Positions 13,028-25,528 of a stretch of DNA of 64,000 bases are shown here, in pieces. A program made the position numbers and the translations under genes. The stretch is from Pristiophorus japonicus (taxonomy: Eukaryota), in the NCBI RefSeq assembly GCF_044704955.1, contig NC_091979.1, positions 141,980,001 to 142,044,000 on the forward strand, given 5' to 3'. The notes beneath the pieces were generated by a model. It did no database searches, was not told the origin of the DNA, and saw only the letters and a program-made list of their open reading frames with translations. The first letter of the stretch is position 1. Each line of letters opens with the position of its first letter.

Positions 13028-13483
13028 TCATAAAGTCCAGAAGCTGCAGATGACCACACCCGTTCTTACAGGATCACAGATACATTGAGGAAAAGTCACT
13101 TCGTCCTGAGTTCATGGACAAAGCCATGGGAAATCCATTAGTTCTAGAAATTTTTAATATAGGATTTCCAATACAGTTCTCTTAGCAATATTTGCAAAAT
13201 ATAAAGTTAAATTAACACTTTAAAGTTCATCAGTTACATGGCCTCTTGGGCATAGTATGTATTTGGATTTTACATGTGCTTAATCACAGAATTGACTATA
13301 ATTTAAACACAGGATTAAATCATATGATTTATTCCGAATTATCATAGAAATTTACGGCACAGTAGGAGGCCACTTGGCCCATCGTGTCTGTGCCAACCGA
13401 AAAAGAGCTATCCAGCCTAAATCACGTTCCAGCTCTTGGTCGGTAGCCTTGTAGTTTGCAGCACTTCACAGCATATCCAAGTA

Positions 13484-13612
13484 CAGGTACAACGTCCAAA
13501 ATCTCGAATCCTCGGACCGAGTTGGTCCGTCTGTCCCATCAGCTATGCGCAAAATGTCTGGTTTTTGGACAATTCCGGTTTTTGGAGTTCCGGATTCGTG
13601 ACGTTACACCTG
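13484..13612. mobile_element. 129-bp Tc1/mariner-pogo-type MITE
   Basis: TIRs CAGGTACAACGTC and GACGTTACACCTG, with TA on both sides. Confidence 0.8.
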
Positions 13613-14629
13613 TACTTTTTAAATGTGATGAGGGTTTCTGCCTCAATCACTCTTTCAGGCAGTAAGTTTCAAACCCACCACCTCTGGATGAAAATATTTC
13701 TCCTCAACTGGGAAATGGGTTCTTCCTATGTACTCTGTCTCGGCCCCTCATAATTTTATACACCTCAATAAGGTCTCCCCTCAGCATCCTCTTTTCCAAA
13801 GCAAACAACCCCAGCATATCCAATCTTTCCTCATAGCTAAAATTCTCCAGTTCTGGCAACATCCTCGTAAATCTTCTCTGTGCCCTCGCTAGTGCAATCA
13901 TATCCTTCCTATAATGTGGTGACCAGAACTGTACACAGTACTCCAGCTGTGGCCTAACTAGTGTTTTATACAGTTCAAGCATAACCTCCCAGCTCTTATA
14001 TTCTGTGCCTCGGCTAATAAAGGAAAGTATCCTGTATGCCGCCTTAATTACCTTATCTACCTGTCCTGCTACCTTCAGGAATCTGTGGACATGCAATCCA
14101 AGGTCCCCTTGTTCATCTATACTTCTCAGTATCCTACCATTTCTTTTGCATTCCCTTGTCTTGTTAGTCCTTCCCAAATGCATTACCTCACACTTCTCCA
14201 GATTGCATTCCATTTGCCACTTTCGGCCCACCTGACCAGTCCATTGATATCTTCCTGCAGTCTACAGCTTTCATGCTCACTATCAACTATCATGGTCAAT
14301 TTTTTTATCATCTGCAAACTTCTTAATCATGCCCCCTACATTGAAGTCAAAATCATTGATATATACCACAAAAAGCAAGTACTGAGCCCTGCGGAACCTC
14401 ACTGAAAACAGCCTTCCAATCACAAAAACACCCATCGATCATTACCCTTTGCTTCCTGCCACTGAGCCAATTTTGGATCCAACTTGCCACTTTTCCTTGG
14501 ATCCCATGGGCTTTCACTTGTCGGACCAGTCTGCCATGTGGGACCTTGTCAAAAGCCTTGCTAAAATCCATGTAGACTAAATCGACTCTTCTTGTTACCT
14601 CCTCAAAAAATTCAATCAATTTAGTCAGA

Positions 14630-14859
14630 GAGTTGTTAACCTGTGGAATTCTCTACCGCAGAGAGTTTTTGATGCCAGTTCGTTAGATATATTCAAGAGG
14701 GAGTTAGATATGGCTCTTACAGCTAAAGGAATCAAGGGGTATGGAGAGAAAGCAGGAAAGGGGTACTGAGGTGAATGATCAGCCATGATCTTATTGAATG
14801 GTGGTGCAGGCTCAAAGGGCCGAATGGCCTACTCCTGCGCCTAGTTTCTATGTTTCTAT
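14630..14859 (+). mobile_element. Young CR1 3'-end fragment
   Basis: (TTTCTATG)n tail. GTCAGA duplicated at 14624-29 and 14860-65. Confidence 0.8.
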
Positions 14860-15201
14860 GTCAGACACGACCTTCCCTTAACAAATGCATCCTGACTGTC
14901 CTTGATTAATCCGTGCCTTCCTAAATGACAATTGATACTGTGTCTCAGAAATATTTCCAATAACTTTCCCACCACCGAGGTTAGGCTGACTGGCCTTTAT
15001 TTACTCGGTCTATCCCTTTCTCCCTTTTTAAACAACAGTACAACGTTAGCAGTCCTCCGGCACCACACCTGTAGCCAGAGAGGATTGGAAAATGATGATC
15101 AGAGCTTCTGTTATTTTCTCCCTTGCTTCTCAACAGCTTGGGATACATTTCATCCGGGCCTGGGGATTTATCCACTTTCAAAGATGCTAGACCCTGTAAT
15201 A

Positions 15202-16057
15202 CAGGTAGAGCGTCCGAAAGCTGGAGTTGCAAAAAAACAGAATGTTCCGAAAACCGGACACCGTGCAGATCGCTCGAGTCAACGTTTGGAATCTGGAAAT
15301 CTGTTCTGAAAACCGGACATTTTTTTCACAACAGTGATATAAACGGCATAAAATGAAAATAGAAACATTTCACAAATGGATATTTGGTATTCTGATCAGT
15401 ATTCTGTAAATAATCCACCGCCCCCCCCCCCCCCGCCACATGCACAGACAGACAAGCCAAAAAAAAAAATTGCGTAAAATAAAAAATCACAAAACATTCA
15501 TAAGGCACTTAACTATCGAATCGCTGCAAAAGAATTAAAAAATAAAAACTTTAACTTACCTTTTTTGCAGGTCTTCATACCTACCGCTGTTCCAAGGGCT
15601 GCAACACAGGTTTTTCCTAGGCCTTATTTTTCTTCCTAACTACGGGTGCACTGTGAGCCAAAATTTTGGCGCAAGTGTTATTTCGAGTCTTGCAAGCTGG
15701 CAGTTTGCACCCCAGTGCTACTCTAAAACCGCCAGCGCAAGACTTCTCAAAATCAATAGTAATCCAAAACAAGATTAAGCATAATAAAACAAAAAATTTT
15801 TTTAATTATCCCTGCAGCCGCTTTCCTTGCCATTATCCGATTTTGAATCACCCACAGCCGCTGTCCCTCACTTCGAAGTCCGGAAATACCCAGAACTCGG
15901 CCCAGGGGTTTCCGGATTCGGGACGTCGGATTTAGTCTCCGAAATCCGGAAAAATCCAAAACTCGGCCCGGGGTTTCAGATTTGGATCGTCTGATTTCTG
16001 TTCCGAAATTCGGAAAAACTCGAAAACCGGGTTTTTGGATTTCAGAGGTTGTACCTG
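15202..16057. mobile_element. 856-bp TA-flanked MITE, same TIR family as 13484-13612
   Basis: TA-CAGGTAGAGCGTCCGAAA ... TTTCAGAGGTTGTACCTG-TA, with internal TCCGGA/TCCGAA-rich subterminal repeats. Confidence 0.8.
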
Positions 16058-16114
16058 TATATCCTCTCTCACCATGTTATCTCATTGAATATTTCACACT
16101 CCTCCTTAACTACA

Positions 16115-16410
16115 GTTCTAAGGATAAGGGGTAAGCCATTTAGGACTGAGATGAGGAGAAACTTCTTCACTCAGAGAATTGTGAACCTGTGGAATTCTCT
16201 ACTGCAGAGAGTTGTTGATGCCAGTTCATTAGATATATTCAAGAGGAGTTAGATATGGCTCTTACGGCTAAAGGGATCAAGAGGTATGGAGAGAAAGCAG
16301 GAAAGGGTTACTGAGGTGAATGATCAGCCATGATCTTATTGAATGGTGGTGCAGGCTCAAAGGGCCGAATGGCCTACTCCTGCACCTATTTTTTATGTTT
16401 CTATGTTTCT
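16115..16410 (+). mobile_element. Young CR1 3'-end fragment
   Basis: Encodes LRIRGKPFRTEMRRNFFTQRIVNLWNSL, followed by the CR1 3' UTR and TTTCTATG tail. Confidence 0.85.
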
Positions 16411-17577
16411 CTCTCTTTTATGAAGACAGATGAATGTATTCATTAAGAACCATACTCACATCTTGCACCTCCACACACACAACATTTTTGGCCTCTATTA
16501 GGCCCTACTCTTTCCTTAGTTATCCTTTTGCTCTTTATGTACTTATAAAACATCTTTGGGTTCTCCTTAATTTTACTTACCAATATTTTTTCATGTCCTC
16601 TCTTTGCTTTCCTAATTTCCTTTTTAATTTCATCCTTGCACTTTTTATACTCCTCGGCTTTTTGCACTAATCAGCTCTACAATTATCTGCAATTCTTTAT
16701 ATAAATATGTTGAGCTGCCCATTTATTCAGTCAGATTTTGTGCGATTGTGAACGAGACTCTAATGTACTATTCTTCACTTGGAGAAATTGAGTGTTGCAT
16801 AGAAAGTATCTTATCCACTCATACTTTGGCCCCAACTAAGATGGCTGTGAAGCATCCCACTATGGGCCAATTATTTTTTGTAAAATCTGATGCCATAGGT
16901 CCACAAATGGCTATCTTCCAATATCCAGTATCAATGTAATTGCTATTGTGTTTTTGGTTTTTTAACCATTTTATTCTAGATATTTTTGGCTTCTGTTTTC
17001 AGCCACTCTCGTAGGTGTTTTCACTTTCCTCGAAAGTGGCAGAGTACCACTGCATTATGTGAACTATAGACCAGTCAGCTTAACATCAGTGTTAGGAAAG
17101 ATACTGGATTCTATACTAAAATAAGTGATAGAAGAGCATCTAGAGACAGAAAATATAAAAAATAGGCTGCAAGGATTCCGAAAGGCTAAGTCATGCTTAA
17201 CTATCCTGATAGAATTCTACCAGAAAGAGTAAACAAGGGTAATACAATAGATGTCATATACTTGGATTTTCAAAAAGCCTTTCATAAGATGCCACATGTA
17301 GGCTCATGACAAAAGTTAGGGCATGTGGAGTCAGTGGAGAAATAGCTCCATGGATAGCAAATTGCTAAAAAAAGAAAGCAGAGAGTAGGGGTAAAGGGTA
17401 GTTATTCAGATTGGCGGGAGATAGAAAGTGGTGTTCCACAAGGATCAGTGCTGGAACCACTGTTATTCATAATTTACATTAATAATTTGCACTTGGGAAC
17501 AAATAACTCTATCAAAATTTGCAGATGATAACAAATTGGGGTGTATAGCAAACACTGAGGAAGAATGCAACATAATG

Positions 17578-20500
17578 TTTTTTAAAATTCATTCATGGGA
17601 TGTGGGCGTCGTTGGCACCACCAGCATTTATTGCCCATCCCTAATTTCCCTTGAGAAGATGGTGGTGAGCCGCCTTCTTGAACCGCTGCAATCTGCATGG
17701 TGAAGGTGCTCCCACAGTACTGTTGGGGAGGGAGTTCCAGGACTTTGATCCAGCAATGATGAAGGAACGGCGATATACTTCCAAGTCAGGATGGTGTGTG
17801 ACTTGGAGGGGAACGTGGAGATGGTGGTGTTCCCATACGCCTGCTGACCTTGTCCTTCTAGCTGGTAGCGGTCGCAGGTTTGGGAGATGCTGCCAAAGAA
17901 GCCATGGTGAGTTGCTGCGGTGCATCTTGTAGATGGTACACACTGCAGCCATGGTATGTCGGTGATGGAGGGAGTGAATGTTTAAGGTGGTGAATGGTGG
18001 GCCAATCAAGCGGGCTGCTTTGTCCTGGATGGTGCCGAGCTTCTTGAGTGTTGCTGGTGCTGCACTCATCCAGGCAAGCGGAGAGTATTCCATCACACTC
18101 CTGACTTGTGCCTTGTAGATGGTGGAAAGGTTTTGGGGAGTCAGGAGGTGAGACACTCGCCGCAGAATACCCAGCCTCTGACCTGCACTTATGGCCACAG
18201 TATTTATGTGGCTGGTCCAGTTAAGTTTCTGGTCAATGGTGATCCCCGGGATGTTGATGGTGGGGGATTCAGCGATGGTAATGTCGTTGAATGTTAAGGG
18301 GTGGTGGTTAGATTCTCGCTTGTTGGAGATAATCATTGCCTGGCACTTGTGTGTTGCAAATGTTACTTGCCACTTATCAGCGCAAACCTGAATGTCGTCC
18401 AGGTTTGGCTGCATGTGGACATGGACTGCTCAATTATCTGAGCAGTTATGAATGGCACTGAACATCAATGAACATCCCCACTTCTGACCTTATGATGGAG
18501 GGGAGGTCATTGATGAAGCAGCTGAAGATGGTTATGCCTAGGACACTGCCCTAAGGAACTCCTGTAACGATATCCTGAGGCTATGATGATTGACCTCCAA
18601 CCAGCACAACCATCTTCCTTTGTGTTAGGTATGACTCCAGCCAGTGGAGAGTTTTCCCTCTGATTCCCATTGACTTCAGTTTTACTAGGGCTTCTTGATG
18701 CCACACTTGGTCAAATGCTGCCTTGATGTCAAGGACAAACACACTCACCTCACCTCTGGTATTCAACTCTTTTGTCCATGTTTGGACCAAGGCTGTAATG
18801 AGGTCTGGAGCCGAGTGCTCCTGGAGGACCCAAACTGAGCATCGGTGAGCAGGTTATTGGTGAGCAAGTGCCACTTGATAGCATTGTTGATGACACCTTC
18901 CATCATTTTGCTGGTGATTGAGAGTAGACTGGTGTGACAGTAATTGGCCGGACTGGATTTGTCCTGTTTTTTGTGGACAGGACATACCGGGGCAGTTTTC
19001 CACATTATTAGATAGATGCCAGTGTTGTAGCTGTACAGGAATAGCTTGGCTAGAGGCGCGGCTAGTTCTGAAGCACAATTCTTCAGCACGACAGCTGGGA
19101 TGTTGTCGGGGCCTATAGCCTTTGCTGTATCCAGTGTGCTCAGCCGTTTCCTGATGTCACGTGGAATGAATCGAATTAGCTGAAGACTGGCTTCTATGAT
19201 GGCGGGGATCTCAGGAGGAGACCGAAATGGATCATCCACTCCGCAGTTCTGGCTGAAGATGGTTATAAATGCTTCAGTCTTGTCTTTTGCACTCGCGTGC
19301 TGGGCTTCGCCATCATTGAGGATGGGGATATTCATGGAGCTTCCTCCTCCCGTTATTTGGTTAATGGTCCACCACCATTCACGACTGGGTGTGCCACGAC
19401 TACAGAGCTTTAATCTGATCCGTTGGTTGTGAGATCGCTTAACCTTGTGTCTAGCATGCTGCTTCCGCTTTTTAGCATGCATGTAGTCCTGTGTTGCAGC
19501 TTCCCCAGGTTAGCACCTCATTTTTAGATATGTCTGGTGCTGCTCCTGGCATGCTCTTCTACACTCCATTGAACCAGGGTTGGTCCCCTGGCTTGATGGT
19601 AATGGTAGAGTGAGGGATATGCCGGGCCATGAGGTTACAGATTGTGGTAGAATATAATGCTGCTGCTGAATGCCCACAGCACCTTATGGATGTCCAGTTT
19701 TGAGCTGCTAGATCTGGTCTGAATCTATCCCATTTAGTATAGTGATAGTGCCACATAACACGATGGATGGTGTCCTCAGTGTGAAGTTGGGACTTCGTCT
19801 CCACAATGACTGTGCGGTGGTCACTGCTACCAATGCTGTCATGGCCGATGCATCTGTGACATGTGAGGAAGAGGTCGTAGGTTTTTCCCTTGTGTTGGTT
19901 CTCTCACCACCTGCTCTAGGCCTAGTCTGGCAGCTCTGTCCTTTAGGACTTGGCCAGCTTGGTCAGTAGTGGGTCTGCCGAGGCACTCTTGATGATGGAC
20001 ATTTCAATGTCCCCCACCCAGAGTACATTGTGTGCCCTTGTTACTCTCAGTGCTTCTTCACCACAAGTGGTGTTCAACATGGAGGAGCACTGATTCATCA
20101 GCTGAGAGGTGGGGTAGGTAGTAATCAGCAGGAGGTTTCCTTGCCCATGTTTGACCTGAAGCCATGAGACTTCATGGGGTCCGGAGTCAATTTTGAGGAC
20201 TCTCAAGGCCACTCCCTCCCGACTGTATACCACGTGTCACCAACCTTGGTGGATCAGGACATGGTGATGGAGGATTCTGGGACATTGACTGAAAGATATG
20301 ATTCTGTAAATATAACTGTCAGGCTGTTGCTTGACTGGTCTGTGGGTCAGCTTTCCCAATTTTGGCGCAAGTCTCCACATGTTGGTGAGAAGGACTTTGC
20401 AGATCGACTGGGCTGCATGTGCCTTTGTCGTGTCCTTAGCTGGTGCCAAGGTCGATGCCAGGTGGTCCGTCCAGTTTTATTCTTATTAGTGGTTGTGTAC

Positions 20501-20803
20501 AACTGAGTGATTTGCTAGGCCATTTCAAAGGGCAGTCAACCAAGAGGGTTGTGGGTCTGAAATCACATATGGAGGCCATATTTCCTTTCCTAAAGAGCAT
20601 TAGTGAACCAGATGTTTTTTTGCAACAATCCGGTAGTATCATGGTCACCATTACTGATGCTAGCTTTTTATTCCAGATTTATTTATTTAACTGAATTTAA
20701 ATTCCCCAGCTGCCATGGTGGGATTTGAACTCATGTCTCTGGATCATTAGTCAAGGCCTCTGGATTATTAGGCCAGTTACGTTGCTATTATACTACCATT
20801 CCC
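17578..20803 (-). mobile_element. Single-ORF APE-RT LINE (CR1/L2-group-like) with a tRNA-derived SINE-type 5' head
   Basis: Minus ORFs 20237-20449 and 19943-20233 (APE), 18763-19482 and 18581-18790 (RT: GPDNIP, LDIKAAFDQVWH), and 17641-18414. 3' tail GGGATGGGCAATAAATGCTGG...CCCATGAATGAA plus an A run. No ORF1. Confidence 0.88.
20490..20803 (-). promoter_or_regulatory. tRNA-like Pol III head (A/B box) plus SINE-type core forming the LINE 5' UTR
   Basis: Minus strand starts GGGAATGGTAGTATAATAGC (degenerate A box). B box GTTCAAATC at 20730-20722. The core GGTTCACTAATG..TAGGAAAGGAAA..ACTGCCCTTTGAAATGGCCTAGCAA resembles the MetaSINE-type domain (recall). Confidence 0.65.
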
Positions 20804-21208
20804 GATATACAAGAAGACATTAGAAAACTTGCAGACTGAGCAGTTAAGAGGCAAATTAACTGTAACATAGATAAATGTGAGATGATGCACTTTGGTAGGA
20901 AAAACAGAAGCATCACCTACTCCTTAGAAAATAAGAAACTGAATGCAGTAGAAGAGCAAAGGGATCTAGGGATACAGGTGAACAAATCATTAAAAGCAGT
21001 ACCTCAGGTCAGCAAAGCAATTGAACATGCTAACAAAGCGCTGGAATTTACTTCTAGGGGTATAGAATTCAAAAGTAGTGAAGTTATGTTAAACTTATAT
21101 AAGAAAGAAAGAAATACTTGGATTTATATAGCGCCTTTCATGACCACCGGATGTCTCAAAGCGCTTTACAGCCAATGAAGTACTTATGGAGTGTCGTCAT
21201 GTTGTAAT

Positions 21209-24200
21209 AAGAACATAAGAAATATGAACAGGAGTAGGCCATACGGTCCTTCGAGCCTGCTCCGCCATTCAATAAGATTATGGCTGATCTGATCATAGAC
21301 TCAGCACCACTTCTCTGCCCGCTTCCCATAACCCCTTATCGTTTAAGAAACTGTCTATTTCCGTCTTAAATTTATTCAATGTCCCAGCTTCCACAGCTCT
21401 CTGAGGCAGCAAATTCCACAGATTTACAACCCTCAGAGAAGAAATTTCTCCTCATCTCTGTTTTAAATGGGCGGCCCCTTATTCTAAGATCATGCCCTCT
21501 AGTTCTAGTCTCTCCATCAGTGGAAATATCCTCTTTGCATCCACCTTGTCAAGCCCCCTCATAATCTTATATCTTTCGATAAGATCACCTCTCATTCTTC
21601 TGAATTCCAATGAGTAGAAGCCCAACCTACTCAACCTTTCCTCATAAGTCAACCCACTCATCCCTGGAATCAACCTAGTGAACCTTCTCTGAACTGCCTC
21701 CAAAGCAAGTATATCCTTTCGTAAATATGGAAACCAAAACTGCACGTAGTATTCCAGGTGTGGCATCACCAATACCTTATATAGCTGTAGCAAGACTTCC
21801 CTGCTTTTATACTCCATCCCCTTTGCAATAAAGGCCAAGATACCATTGGCCTTCCTGATCACTTGCTGTACCTACATACTATCCTTTTGTGTTTCATGCA
21901 CAAGTACCCCTAGGTCCTGCTGCACTGAGGCACTTTGCAATCATTTTCCATTTAAATAATAACTTGCTCTTTGATTTTTTTCTGCCAAAGTGCATGACCT
22001 CACACTTTCCAACATTATACTCCATCTGCCAAATTTTTGCCCACTCACTAAGCCTGTCTATGTCCTTTTGCAGATTTTTTGTGTCCCCTTCACACATTGC
22101 TTTTCCTCCAATCTTTGTATCGTCAGCAAACTTGGCTACATTACACTCAGTCCCTTCTTCCAAGTCGTTAATATAGATTGTAAATAGTTGGGGTCCCAGC
22201 ACTGATTCCTGCGGTACCCTACTAGTTACTGGTTGCCAACCAGAGAATGAACCATTTATCCCTACTCTCTGTTTTCAGTTGCTTAGCCAATCCTCTATCC
22301 ATGCTAATATATTACCCCCAACTCTGTGAACTTTTATCTTGTACAATAACCTTTTATGTGGCACCTTGTCAAATGCCTTCTGGAAGTCCAAATACACCAC
22401 ATCCACTGGTTCCCCTTTATCCACACTGTTCGTTATATCCTCGAAGAACTCCAGCAAATTTGTCAAACATGACTTCCCTTTCATAAATCCATGCTGACTC
22501 TACCTGACCGAATTTTGCTTTTCCAAATGTCCTGCTACTGCTTCTTTAATAATGGACTCCAACATTTTCCCAATCATAAATGTTAGGCTAACTGGTCTAT
22601 AGTTTCCTGCTTTTTGTCTGCCACCTTTTTTAAACATTTGCAGTTTTCCAATCCAGGGAATTTTGGTAAATTACAACCAATTCATTCACAATCCCTGCTG
22701 CTACTTCTCTTAAGACCCTAGGATGCAAGCCATCAGGTCCAGGGTATTTAACTGCCTTTAATCCCATTATCTTACTGAGTACCACCTCTTTAGTGATTGT
22801 TATTGTGTTAAGTTCCACCCCCCTATAGCCCCTTGGCTATCCACTGTTGGAATATTGTTTGTGTCCTCTACCGTAAAGACTGATACAAAATATTTGTTCA
22901 GAGTTTCTGCCATCTCCATGTTCCCCATTACTAATTCCCCGGTCTCGTCCTTGAAGGGACCAACATTTACTTTAGCCACTCTTTTTCTTTTTATATACCT
23001 ATAGAAACTCTTGCTATCTGTTTTTATATTTTGTGTTAGTTTACTTTCATAGGGATCCATCTTCTCTTTCTTAATCATTTTTTTAGTTGTTCTTTGCTGG
23101 CTTTTAAAAGCTTCCCAATCTTCTGTCCTCCCACTAGTTTTGGCCACTTTATATGCCCTTGTTATTAATTAGATGCCGTCCTTAATTTCCTTAGTTAGCC
23201 ACGGATTTTCTCTTTTCTCTTACACCCTTTCCTCTTCACCGGAATATATTTTTCTTGAGAGTTGTGAAATGTTTCCTTAAATGTAAACCACTGTTCATCA
23301 ACTGTCCTACACTTTAATCTATTTTCCCAGTCCACTTTACCCAACTCTGCCCTCGTGCTTTCATAGTCTCCTTTATTTAAGCTTAGTATGCTGGTTAGAG
23401 ATCCAACTTTCTCACCCTCCATCTGAATTTGAAATTCAGTCATGCTATGATCGCTCATTCCGAGGGGATCCTTTACTCGGAGATTGTTTATTCATCCTGT
23501 CTCATTATACAGGACCAGATCTAAGATCGCCTGCCCCCTGGTTGGTTCCGTTACGTACTGCTCAAGGAACCCGTCCCTTATGCACTCGATGAACTCCTCC
23601 TCAAGGCTACCCTGGCAAATTTGATTTGTCCAATCAATATGGAGGTTAAAATCACCCGTGATTATTGCTGTTCCCTTTTTACAAACCCCCACTATTTCCT
23701 GGTTTATGCTTCGACCAAGAGAGTTGCTACTGTTAGGGGGCCTATAGACTACGCCCACGAGTGACTTTCCCCTTATTGTTCCCTATCTCCACCCAAACTG
23801 TTTCAACACCCTTATCATTTGAGCCAATATCGTTTCTTACTATTGCAGTGATTCCATCCTTTATCAATAGAGCTACCCTTTCTGTCTGTCCTTCCGGATT
23901 GTCAAGTACCCCTGAATATTTAATTCCCAGTCGTGGTCATCTTGCTACCACGTCTCTGTAATGGCTCTCAGATCATACCCATTTGTCTCAATTTGTGCCG
24001 TCAACTCATCTATTTTGTTACAAATGCTGTGTGCATTTAGACAAAGTTCCTTTAATTTTTTTTTCACCCTTTTTTCCTGCTGTTTCTTATCTCCTTCAAA
24101 CTCACTTTCTTTATTTTTGCTTTCTAATTCCAGCTTTACTCCCCTCCCTACTGAATCTATTTTCAGGTTCCCATCCCCCTGCCAAGCTAGTTTAAACCCT

Positions 24201-25528
24201 CTCCAACAGCACTAGCAAACCCCCCCCCCCCCCCCCCCCCCGGTGAGGATATTGGTCCCGGCTCTGTTGAACTGCAACCCGTCCGGCTTGTACAGGTCCC
24301 ACCTCCCCCAGAAGTGATCCCAATGCCTCAGGAAACGAAAGCCCTCCCATCTGCAGCACGTATTCATCTGCTCTATCCTCCTATTTCTGTACTCACTAGC
24401 TCGTGGCACTTGGAGTAATCCGGAAATTACTACCTTTTGAGATCCTGCTTTTTAATCTCTCTCCTAGCTCCCTCAACTCTGCCTGCAGGACCTCATCCTT
24501 CTTCCTACCTATGTTATTGGTACCAATGTGGACCACGACCTCTGGCTGTTCACCCTCTCCCCACAGAATGCCCTGCAGCCGCTCAGTGACATCCTTGACC
24601 CTGGCACCAGGGAGGCAACATACCATCCTGGAGTCACGTCTGCGGCCGCAGAAACACCTGTCTGCTCCCCTGACTAGCGAATCCACTACCACTATAGCTC
24701 TTCCATTCTTTTTCCTCCCCCACTGTGCAGCTGAGCCTCCTGTAGTGCTGTGGACTTGGCTCTGGCTGCACTCCCCAGAGCCACCGTCGCCCCCACCGGT
24801 ACTCAGAACAGAGTACCGGTTGGAGAGTGAGATGGACTCAGGGGACACCTGCACTACCTGCCTAGTCCTCCTCTTCTGTCCAGGGGTCACCCACTCCAAA
24901 TCTGCCTGCACACTCTTAAGCTGTGGGGTGACCACCTCTAGAAACATGCTATCCTCGTTGCTCTCAGTCTCACGGATGCACTGCAGTGACTCCAGCTGCC
25001 GCTCAAGCTCCAAAACACGGAGCTCCAGTTGGTGCAGCTGGTGACACCTCCAGCACACATGGTCGCTCCGGCTGCGTGCAGCATCCGGGACTCCCCACAT
25101 GCCACAAGGTGCGCAATCCATGGGACTGAGCTGCCCTGCTATCCCTCTAGTTACACTCGCAACTATCAAGTAGAACTAAACTCTAAACCTCAGCACAACA
25201 CACCTAGCCGTTACTCAGCAAACAGCCGATTTAATTAACTGTCTCTCCTTAGATAATAAAGATCACATGTATTTACTGGCACATGCTACTTACAGCAATA
25301 CCAAAGGTTTCCTACTGAAAGGAAAAGAAAAGTACTCACCAATCCACCAGCCAATCACTTACCCGCTTGGCTGTGACGTCACACTTCGATTTTGATTTGT
25401 TTAAAACTTTTTGTCCCTGCACCAGCTGGCTCCTCCAACGGCCGCGCCCTTTTTGTGGGCCTCTTGATCCTCCCACTCCTGCTCCTGTGGTTCCTCCAAC
25501 GGCCGCGCCCTTTTTATGGGCCTCTCGA
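21209..25528 (-). mobile_element. Near full-length degenerate CR1 with esterase ORF1 (24212-25169) and fragmented ORF2
   Basis: AACATAAG tail. ORF pieces carry YRPP, GDFN, DFQKAFD and FADD. ORF1 has CxxC, a leucine coil and HIGTN. About 60-bp duplication at the 5' end. Confidence 0.9.

Larger units (their letters stand above)
13341..16668 (-). mobile_element. Older CR1 ORF2 and 3' region interrupted by four nested insertions
   Basis: ORFs 13704-14231, 14353-14619, 14981-15232 and 16443-16667 are colinear RT and linker pieces. Confidence 0.85.

Noticed and set aside
20700-20803. Bona fide tRNA genes here and at about 11860-11932 and 29086-29158
   Set aside because: These are degenerate A/B-box heads attached to retroelement bodies, and I could not build a full cloverleaf.
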